Source: Octopus sinensis
Taxonomy: Eukaryota
DNA: 32,000 nt
NCBI RefSeq assembly: GCF_006345805.1
Contig: NW_021829680.1
Coordinates: 1 to 32,000 of the forward strand
Reading direction: 5' to 3'
Shown: positions 21,892-30,401 of the stretch, one piece after another
How the letters are laid out: each line of letters begins with the position of its first letter
Position numbering within the stretch: the stretch's first letter is position 1
Made by a program: the position numbers and the translations under genes
The notes under the pieces: generated by a model
What the model was told of the DNA's origin: nothing
Database searches by the model: none
Seen by the model: the letters and a program-made list of their open reading frames with translations, nothing else

Positions 21892-22140
21892 GTAATTTAC
21901 CACGACAATTTACACACATACACATGCACGCACTTACGCACGCACGCACACACACGTGCATATACACACATATTCACTTAAACATGTCATGAACGTTGAT
22001 TTGATTTGTATAAGGTATCAACGTTCATAGAATATTGAGATAACAAGTCGACGAACTTGAATCTTTATTTTAGCCGAGTCGTCAGAATTTTGCAGAGGTG
22101 CTGTGAAAAATTTTGCAAAGCAATGTTGGCTTTTGCATAT
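21892..22140 (+). repeat. Left arm of a ~250-bp inverted repeat
   Basis: gtaatttaccacgac...cttttgcatat is the reverse complement of 22880-23140 with few differences. Confidence 0.95.
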
Positions 22141-22384
22141 TACAGAGAAAATTCACTATGAGTTCTATGCTTTGCGGTTACTGTGGAGGCTATAGAGCGA
22201 AATATAGTCACGATTCAATTGGATATCATCGATTGTGTATGACAAACTTGCATCTGTGTTAAATAGATGAAGTACTGATATTGATATTCTAATGGTAAAA
22301 CCAAGAACCTTACATGCTTTGGAAGGTTGGTTTTCGAGTTCTTGCATCTCTTGTAGAGAATGGACAATATATATATACTTATTT

Positions 22385-22622
22385 ACATTATTTACATTGG
22401 ACTGATATTTGTCCTCATCTTGTTTGTTGTTAACACAACGTTTCGGTGTCTTGGGGAAATTTCGAAACTGGGTTATTTCGATGTTGCTGTTATTGTTGTT
22501 GTTGTTGTTATTATTATTATTATTATTATTATTAGTGTTCAGGTCACTGCTTGGAATCGAACTCGGAATCTTGGGGTTAGTCGTCCGCGCTCTTATCCAC
22601 TACGCCATATGCCCGTGGGCAT
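22385..22622 (-). mobile_element. Family G: tRNA-derived head plus (AAT)n plus hammerhead-remnant tail
   Basis: A box TGGCGTAGTGG (22597-22607), B box GAGTTCGATTCC (22553-22564), then (AAT)n, then ...ccaagacac|CGAAACGTTGTGTT. Confidence 0.85.
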
Positions 22623-22819
22623 ATATACTTCTGCAAATGTAGCTCTTATATCAGTTCGAACCATGTTTCAGTCTTTATATTAAACTTTTGAAAATTGAAC
22701 AGTTATGATCGCTGCTCCTGCATTTCTTAAAGGAGCATGCTTTTTTTTTTTTAGAGAAACACCCTTGTCAGCAGGATATAGTTTGTGAGATCTATATATG
22801 GAGTACAGTTTACTTGTAA

Positions 22820-23290
22820 TATTGGTTTCAACTTTTGGTACAAGGCCAGCAATTGCGGAGGAAGGAGTAGTTCTTTTACATATGCAAAAGCCAACATTGC
22901 TTTGCAAAATTTTTCACAGCACCTCTGCAAAATTCTGACGACTCGGCTAAAATAAAGATTCAAGTTCGTCGACTTGTTATCTCAATATCTATGAATGACG
23001 TTGATAAATCAACGTATAACAAATCAAATCAACGTTCATGACATGTTTAAGTGAATATGTGTGTATATGCACGTGTGTGTGCGTGCGTGCGTGCGTAAGT
23101 GCGTGCATGTGTGTGTGTGTAAATTGTCGTGGCAAATTACGTGCTCAATAACAACTTATTTTATCCGCCTCGAAATCATGAGTAACAAAGCAGATCTCAG
23201 CAGAATTTGAAAGTAGAATTTAAAGACGGGCGAAATGCCGCTGAGCAGTTTTCCCGACGTGCTGTGATACTGGCAGCTGGTAGCCTTCAT
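22820..23290 (-). mobile_element. SINE family A split by the right arm of the inverted repeat
   Basis: Tail half 22820-22881 (caaggccagcaattgcggaggaaggagtagttcttttacat) and head half 23141-23290 (gtgctcaataacaacttattttatcc...tagccttc). Confidence 0.8.
22880..23140 (-). repeat. Right arm of the inverted repeat
   Basis: atatgcaaaag...gtcgtggcaaattac. Confidence 0.95.
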
Positions 23291-23314
23291 TTTACTAGTA
23301 ATATTAGCATCATT

Positions 23315-23505
23315 TAAGGCGGCGCTCTGGCGGAATAGTAAACATGCCAGGCATGTGAGTTCAAGTTCCTCGGAGGTCGACTTTGTCTACCTTCCTTTCG
23401 GGATCGATAAAATAAGAACCAGTTGGGCACTGTGGTTACCGTAATTGACTTGGCTCCCTCCCACTAACTTGCTGGCCTTGTAACACAGTTTGAAATCAAT
23501 ATTAG
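23315..23505 (+). mobile_element. SINE family A, head-to-head with the split copy
   Basis: taaggcggcgctctggcggaat...ggaggtcgactttg...cctttcgggatcgataaaataagaacc...ggccttgtaacacagtttgaaatc. Confidence 0.85.
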
Positions 23506-23879
23506 CATCCTTTACATCATTCCATCTCTTCAGCTTTCGATTACAAGAACTTCAAAATTTTAACATTCTAACATCAAAATTCTAACATTCTAACTCCCTC
23601 AACACTGTGTTTGGAAGTGATATAGAAACAAGAGGAGTGACGAAATATCATTGCTAATGGACACCTTCAGGCTTCCTAATTGACTCATACCAACGCACAC
23701 ATACATCTAACCAAGCCAACTGCAACCATTCTTTTCCATTATATCATGTACTCTGTACATCTATCTACGACATGTCGACAAGACGTTCTCCAGCCTTCCT
23801 CAGATCACCAGCCTACTATTGTATCAACACACGCTCATAGAAAGTAGAAAATAAACGTATTCACGTACTAAATTGTAAA

Positions 23880-24020
23880 CGTGATGCTAGAAGATGCGTT
23901 TTCAGAATTTCACAACACCTTCATTACCAACAAATATAATGTAATAAAACAAAATAATTATAGACTTTTCTTAAAGGTCACATATCCTATATTTCAACCA
24001 GAACATAAACCTAATACATC
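23880..24020 (+). mobile_element. Possible Penelope GIY-YIG C-terminal remnant
   Basis: ...YRLFLKVTYPIFQPEH resembles the KE..FI..F.P.LN terminus; weak. A similar weak echo lies at about 25970-26015. Confidence 0.3.
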
Positions 24021-24249
24021 AAAGCCATTGACAGCCGAAATAAAACTTAGCATAAAAGAAATAAACGAGAAAATACCAAAGAAATGGATCCACAGAGCAG
24101 CAGAAAATTAAGAAACGTAAATATGAAAACTAACAACAAAAGTTACATACTGTAATTAGAATAATCAACAACAGAACAACAATACACAATCAACGGCCGT
24201 TGTCAATCTGATATCCGTCAAGATTATATATATATATATATATATATAT

Positions 24250-24450
24250 AGTTAATCCAAAAGAAAAAACGGACAAACACAAGAAAAAAACAACGCGTGG
24301 ACGTGATACATGCAAAGTATTAGTAGACGCTCAGGGAAGGAAAGAGAGGTAGTTTCTTATATTTTGAGCAAAGCTCTTCGTCAGAAACAGGAAACGGAGG
24401 AAATTCAGAGACAAAAGGAAGACGGAGGAAAAAATTGCCAACGATTCACA
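24250..24450 (-). mobile_element. Penelope-derived terminal segment, family H, with decayed hammerhead (24352-24388)
   Basis: Minus strand GTTT-CTGACGA-A-GAGC-ttt-GCTC-AAAA-TA-T-A-AGAAAC; homologous to 14370-14605. Confidence 0.78.
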
Positions 24451-25057
24451 TGTGGTTACATTAGGATTATCAAGCATTATTTCAAAAATCAACCACCAAA
24501 AGTTCCGCAAAGAAAGCAGTATTAGATAACAAAAAAAAGATCTATGTACTTTCCATTTAGAACACGAATTTGGTTGCGCCATTCCACTTGACTCTCCAAA
24601 TCAACGCAAAATCGAAGCTGCCAAGAAAACGAGGACGAGGCAAAAATCACAAACGTATACATAAACACTTTTTGTCGAAATGAATGAGCAATCAGCAACA
24701 CCAAAAAACTACTTGCGTCAGTTCCATAAAATACCCACAATCCGAAAACTCGTTGAAGTTATTACAAGTCTTAAACCCACCACTCTCCTTTACACACACT
24801 AAAAGTTTACAGAAAGGCTAAACTGTGACATCATTTACACATAGCTACCTTTTACAAAGGTACATCACACACTCCTAAATATAAACTCAACCTCCATTTA
24901 ACACAGCGAATTTATATTAACTCAACCAACAACAACAATCCTCCTTCACATGTAATTCTAACTACTATCTTAATAAATAATATATATTCATCAACAAAGC
25001 ATTCTTCACTCTAACAAAAATTTATCATCATTTAGATTATTCACATTAGTTCTATTA

Positions 25058-25181
25058 TTTACATTTGACAGAAATTTGTCCTCATCATGTTTGTTGTTAA
25101 CGCAACGTTTCGGCTGATATACCTTCCAGCGTCTTAGGGAAATTTCGAACCTGGATTCTCATTCCTAAGGTACTTTTCGAC

Positions 25182-25195
<14 letters not shown>
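25058..25195 (-). mobile_element. Family G tail copy (hammerhead 5' core deleted)
   Basis: Minus: ttaggaatgagaatccaggttcgaaatttccctaagac|GCTG-gaaggtatat-CAGCC-GAAA-CGTT-GCGTT. Confidence 0.85.
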
Positions 25196-25249
<54 letters not shown>

Positions 25250-25268
25250 CATTATTATTATTATTATT
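25196..25268. repeat. (ATT)n microsatellite
   Basis: Directly visible. Confidence 0.95.
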
Positions 25269-25279
25269 CAGATCATAAT

Positions 25280-25500
25280 ATGGTATATCAGCTGGATGGT
25301 ATATCAGCCGAAACGTTGCGTTAACAACAAACAAGATGACAAATACCCGTCAAATTTAAATAATGTAATTAATGTAAAATATGTACATAATTCTTCATCT
25401 CTTAAATATAGAAATGTAAAAATTTATCAGTATTATATTATGAATAAATACAAAACGCTGGCTATTAAACTATCTCCCAGTTTCAAAGCAAAAATAAAAC
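25280..25500 (+). mobile_element. Family G tail copy, opposite orientation, 5'-truncated
   Basis: GCTG-gatggtatat-CAGCC-GAAA-CGTT-GCGTT-aacaacaaacaagatgacaaatacccgtcaaa... Confidence 0.85.
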
Positions 25501-26684
25501 CCACATACATACACTTATGGCAATATACGACATAGCTGAGAGTTACGAAATTCACTTTTATCGAAAATTCTTATTAACGAGTTTAAGCATTCAATGGACA
25601 ATAAATTTTAATTAATACATTGAGGTTGTTTTGTGTCAAAAATCGAGATTAAGTATTAGATGTAAAGGAAATAATTTTTATTTGCTACAATCCACTATAT
25701 TAATGATAAACGGAATTAAAAGAAAATAAAAGTTCGATAGCACCAACATTTTTTCAAGTTCTGTCATAGCGATACCGTGAGCAGTACATTATTTGCACAA
25801 TGCGGAAAATATGCCACCATCTCCTTAAAAACAGGTTCAAAATCCATCCAAGGCTGAGGTCACATGTCATACACTACGCACACAGTTCAGGCTCACAACA
25901 CGTAAATTCTTCGCCGCGCAATTTCCTTTCTTTAACCGATTCTGCTCTATTTAGCATTACCCAAAACAAATAAAAGAAAAAGATCCTACCATCTTCAAAT
26001 AAAACCTGAACAAAACTTCGTCAAGGGATACTAGATAAACCACCTACATATAAATACATCTCAGTCAACAACAATTCCTTACTTGAATGAGCCATAATAA
26101 GATAAAACATAACTTCAAAAAGTAATTCAACAGATCCTATCAAGTGGTACTATTAAATTAGACAGGGCCTGGGCCAATCTTTGGCCGAAATATATCTAAA
26201 TTACACATAGTGGATAACGCTGAATCTTCAAACACACGCACACAAACATACACATCATTTTAGGTTCTATAAAAATTGTTGCAGTCGCATAATCATCATA
26301 GATCTAAAATAGACTTAATAAATATATATTGCTAATTATTGCATATTAATGTAAAAACATTTAGAACTTACAAATTTATAGCGTAAATAATTAGATTATA
26401 TTTCCTTACTATTAGCGATCTACTTACTACATAACACGTTGTTATCTATTAGAAAAGTGTCAACATAAATGCGTAATATATAAAATAACATAAACTTTTA
26501 GTTAAATTGCTAATCCGGAGAAAACGCTTAGTTTTATTTATACGAATCATTTTCTCTACTCTGCGCAAATTACCAAGAGCACCTTCAAATTCTATTGGTA
26601 TTACAATTTTTATTTCGAAAAAGATAATAGAAACGTATTTTCCTGGATCTACTTCTACTATTTCTAAGTTAGTATGAGGCAGAA

Positions 26685-26885
26685 TAAAGGCAGTTAACTA
26701 GGAGAATCGTTGGCACATCGGGACAAAATACTGAGTGGTATTTTTCCAACAAACTTAGACGAAGTCGACTTTATCTTTCATCCTTTTGGGGTGAATAAAA
26801 TAAATGAGTTGAGCATTGGATTCAATATAATTGATTAAATACGTCACCAAAACTTTAGGCTTTGTGCCAATTGTAGAAAGAAGAA
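26685..26885 (+). mobile_element. SINE family A, degraded
   Basis: gagaatcgttggcac...gaagtcgactttatctttcatccttttggggtgaataaaat...ggctttgtgccaattgtagaaag. Confidence 0.75.
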
Positions 26886-27238
26886 AAAACAAATATGATT
26901 ATATGGTAGAATGTGCAATATTTTCTTTTTAAGGTCACTTTCCTATATAGTCCTATATATTTATTTTACTACGCAGGGGTAATTTTCATAAGTTGATTTA
27001 TAGAAATACTCTCTTTTTACCCTCTTTCTTACATGTTTCAGTCATTTGACAATGGCCATGCTGGAGCACCGCCTTTTTTTAGTCGGGCAAATCGACCCCA
27101 GGAATTATTCTTTGTAAGCCTAGTACTTATTCTATCAGTGTCTTTTGCCGAACCGCTAAGTTACGGGGACGTAAACACACCATCATCGGTTGTCAAGCGA
27201 TGTTGGGGGGACAGATACACAGACTCAAAACATATACA

Positions 27239-27293
<55 letters not shown>

Positions 27294-27295
<2 letters not shown>

Positions 27296-27609
27296 CAATT
27301 GCAGCGTGGAAGGTGTTTGTAAGGCATTTAAGAAACACACAAAAGCTGTTCGATTCCTTCAACATTTAAGTTTAATTTGTCAAAAATTTTTCGTCGCTTT
27401 AAGATCGCGACCTGTCACTGACAAAAATCCATGAACAGGTCGCGGTCTTAAAGCAACGAATATTTTGACAAATTAAACTTAAATGTTGAAGTGAATCGAA
27501 CGGCTTTTGTGTGTTTCTTAAATGGCTTACAAACACCTTCCAGGCTGCAATTGTTTTCGTTTCAGCCACGATCTCAGATCAAATCACTTGCTATGCAAGT
27601 ACATCTCCT
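27294..27609 (+). mobile_element. Family J: Penelope-type terminal element with an inverted 5' duplication
   Basis: Arms 27294-27417 and 27432-27555 are reverse complements; a unique extension runs to ...gcaagtacatctcc; both arms carry a hammerhead-like fold. Confidence 0.75.
27376..27426 (-). ncRNA. Minimal type I hammerhead-like motif with G3/C8 core
   Basis: TTTTGTCA-GTGA[-]CA-G-GTCGC-gatcttaaa-GCGAC-GAAA-AATT-T-T-TGACAAA; stem I 7 bp, stem II 5 bp, palindromic AAATTT helix III. N7 is missing here but present (TGAACA) in the inverted copy. Confidence 0.7.
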
Positions 27610-27611
27610 AT

Positions 27612-27664
<53 letters not shown>

Positions 27665-27789
27665 AGTTGGGCTTCTTTCAGTTTCCGTCTACCAAATCCT
27701 CTCACAAGGCTTTGTTCGGCCCGAGGCTATAATTGAAGACACTTGCCCAAGGTGCCACGCAGGGGCTAAGTGCTTTAATACAACAGGGA

Positions 27790-27945
27790 TTAAATTGAAA
27801 GAATTTTGCTGCAATACATAGCCACTCGAACAACCTTATATAAGCCCCTTACATGTTTCAATACATAAGATGTTACAATTGTTGTTTAGCTCCAACTCAG
27901 ACTCAATGAAAGACACATTTGATCAAAACCATTCCAGCCATTAAC
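27790..27945 (+). repeat. Unclassified interspersed repeat (family L), old copy
   Basis: gaaagaattttgctgc...ttgttgtttagctccaactcagac...tgatcaaaaccattccagcc aligns to 28505-28790. Confidence 0.5.
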
Positions 27946-28049
27946 AAACTGTTTCTGCCCTCAACCTTCGTAAAGAAAAAACGTGCTTATACTGTCTCCT
28001 TCATAAGCTCTTTCTTCCTAACGTTCAACAAAATATTTTTTCCTATCGT

Positions 28050-28380
28050 CTCGGCTTAACAACCCTCACCGTATGTTTTTACTGTTTTGTTCTCACTCTC
28101 CTGTTCTTGTTACCACTTTCACCCACCGCAAAAATTCCAAATTCTATTTAATTTGCTTTGCGGGAAGGACTGTTTCAACGGAGTCGTGTCTTGTCCTCGC
28201 CTTCGAAAAGTTGAGTAGATGAAACAGGGACAACTGAAGAAGGGGAATATTCTTTATGCTGTATGGCTCGTTTCTCTGTTAGTTTCTTTCGTTGTTCGAA
28301 AAAAAGTTCGTTTCTATGTTTTTGTTTTTATGTTTTCGTTTCTCATTGTGTTCAACGTCTTTTTTTATGTCCTGTACCCA
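28050..28380 (+). mobile_element. Possible Penelope-derived terminal segment
   Basis: CTGAAGA-AGGGG followed by a T-rich tail running into (TA)n, as in family H; no GAAA half, so weak. Confidence 0.3.
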
Positions 28381-28504
28381 TATATGCATGTATATATACT
28401 ATATATACATATATATGTAGGTATGTACACATATGTATGTATATATTATTTATATTAGAACTTTTCTTTCCCTGTACTTCATTTATTTTTGCTTAAGATT
28501 TTAG

Positions 28505-28790
28505 CGTGTGATTTAAAAGAAATTTAGGCGGTTTTTCTTACAGCTCGATTGACCTAGTTGGCTTCACACACTAATGGCAATGCTCTTCTTGTTGTTTAGC
28601 CCCAGGTCAGCCATGATAGAGCAGGCTTGATCAAAGACGCTCCAGTCGTCACTAATACGTATTTATTTTCATTCAGACAGAATGCTTCTCAGAGCGCATT
28701 GTTTAATATGTTCCTGCTTTCTTTGTTAAGAACATGGGCTGTCATTTAAAAGAAATTTTACTGCTGTTTCTAGTCACCGTGTAGAAAACC
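28505..28790 (+). repeat. Unclassified interspersed repeat (family L) with an internal direct repeat
   Basis: atttaaaagaaattt at about 28512 and 28744; ttgttgtttagccccaggtcagcc...tgatcaaagacgctccagtc shared with 27790-27945. Confidence 0.5.
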
Positions 28791-28974
28791 CTTAGTTTCG
28801 GCGATGTAAAATATTTCTACGCTCCATGTAACACCACATTCTTGGTCGATGATATATAGAGGAATCATGAACTCTTCAGGAACACACATCATGATTTCTA
28901 CATTCATAAAATAATCTACAATTTCCTTGCAAGATTTACACACAATTTCTTGTCATGATATAGAATTGTTTTTT

Positions 28975-29345
28975 ACTTGTAGATGCTATTGTAGTTGCTG
29001 ATGATGCTTTTGATGTTGTTCTTGTTGTTGGCGATGTTGTTACTGTTGTTGCCGTCGTAGAAAAGTGTGGTTTCGGGGAGAAACATTTCTACCATGATAA
29101 CAATTCTAATGTCAATGAGAAGGGAGGATACGAGATAAAAATAATTTAGATCGTGCAGGTAGTGGCGTTGGCAATGATGATCCAGCCACCGCTGCCGACG
29201 ACGACAATGACAGCGATGACTATAACGATGATGATGACTATGACGACGATGTACGATGAACGTGATAATGATGAGAGAGTAAAAATAAAAAACAAAAGTC
29301 AGCAACAAGAGCACCAACAGCTGTAACGACAACAGCCGTGATAAT

Positions 29346-29400
<55 letters not shown>

Positions 29401-29570
29401 GTAGTAGTAGTAATAATAATAATAATAATAAGAAGAAGAATAATAAATAATAATAATAATAATTATTATTATTATTATTGCTATCATTGTTGTTGTTATT
29501 ATTATTACTTTTTTTTATTTTTTTCAAATTTGCTTCCATTTCTTGCCGAGTGTCTTCCCGACACCTAGGG

Positions 29571-29635
<65 letters not shown>

Positions 29636-29679
29636 TATTATTATTATTATTATTATCATTATATTATTGTTATTATTAT

Positions 29680-29725
<46 letters not shown>

Positions 29726-29740
29726 TATATTATTATTCTT
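28975..29740. repeat. Low-complexity and compound trinucleotide region, with (AAT)n switching to (ATT)n at about 29461
   Basis: Directly visible; explains ORFs 28973..29539, 29338..29568, 29478..29888 and 29543..29749. Confidence 0.9.
29508..29571 (-). mobile_element. Very short retroelement 3'-tail fragment inside (TAA)n
   Basis: Minus: gccctaggtgtcgggaagacactcggcaagaaatggaagcaaatttgaaaaaaataaaa, flanked both sides by (AAT)n; an R4-like tail is inferred from context only. Confidence 0.45.
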
Positions 29741-29741
29741 A

Positions 29742-30295
29742 TTGAGTGAGGAGCAGGTGCATGCCATCAAAGTGACACTGGGGTACAAATATACAAAGCC
29801 CAGTATAACCCTCATGACTACCCGTCTGATAAGGGTAAACAAGGCACATGCATCACAACCATATGTGCGCGACATGGTGATCTCATAACAAGATAAACAG
29901 CGCATGACCTTGCGGGTGGGGCCCAGTTAGAATTTTCTTCAGATCGAGTAACCCATCCCACTTAAAAGGTCCCTGATTAAGGGTTGTTTAAGGATGTTGA
30001 ATGAAATACCCATGTTTCCAGAGGTGAATCGTTCAAACCCCAAAGAATCCCTCTCAACACATGGTTATGATACTCCCCCACGACTACTCGAGATCAGAGA
30101 TGCACATATTGTCAGCCACGAAGGAACATGCTCAACTGGTTACGGTCAAACAACTGACAAGCAAATCTGTGGTATTGAGCAGAATATTTGCTGTAACCCA
30201 TCTTTTATACCAAGACAAAACAATGTACATGATAACACTTCCAGTCAGTTAAGATCAGAAGCCATGAGAGCCGCTGCCTGGTAGTGCATCAGGGC
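29742..30295 (-). mobile_element. Non-coding ~550-bp interspersed element, family K, copy 1
   Basis: Minus strand starts gccctgatgcactaccaggc and ends ...cctcactcaat; flanked by (AAT)n on both sides; aligns end to end with 30402-30923. Confidence 0.85.
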
Positions 30296-30318
30296 ATTTA
30301 TTATTATTATTGTTATTA

Positions 30319-30387
<69 letters not shown>

Positions 30388-30401
30388 CATTATTATTATT
30401 T
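30296..30401. repeat. (ATT)n microsatellite
   Basis: Directly visible. Confidence 0.95.

Larger units (their letters stand above)
27015..27765 (-). mobile_element. SINE family B, head-truncated, interrupted in its central microsatellite
   Basis: Tail 27015-27293; head side 27665-27765 (gggcttctttcagtttccgtctacc...cccaaggtgccacgcag). Confidence 0.92.

Noticed and set aside
22545-22620. tRNA gene (also SINE heads at about 21420-21498 and 13490-13518)
   Set aside because: A and B boxes are present but acceptor, anticodon and T stems do not close, and the sequence continues into repeat bodies; these are SINE heads.
22933-22975. Hammerhead at CTGACGA within the inverted-repeat arm (also CTGAAGA at about 19200)
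   Set aside because: No stem II followed by GAAA.
21892-23140. DNA transposon or MITE with 250-bp TIRs
   Set aside because: No TSD, the interior is a patchwork of unrelated repeats, and the right arm alone interrupts a SINE; this fits a templated insertion better.
28234-28265. Hammerhead at CTGAAGA-AGGGG-aatatt-CTTT
   Set aside because: No GAAA, helix III or stem I downstream; at most a decayed remnant.
28775-28945. About 60-codon open minus-strand frame (QEIVCKSCKEIVDYFMNVEIMMCVPEEF...)
   Set aside because: No recognisable family and no convincing splice boundaries; this length can occur by chance.
28973-29539. 188-aa ORF, and the other poly-L/I/Y/N/S/E/RE/CV ORFs in the track
   Set aside because: Translations of microsatellites.
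29742-30295. HDV-like ribozyme or LTR identity for family K
   Set aside because: I could not build the P1/P2/P3/P1.1 pseudoknot; there are no TG...CA ends or TSD despite a TATAAAAG motif.
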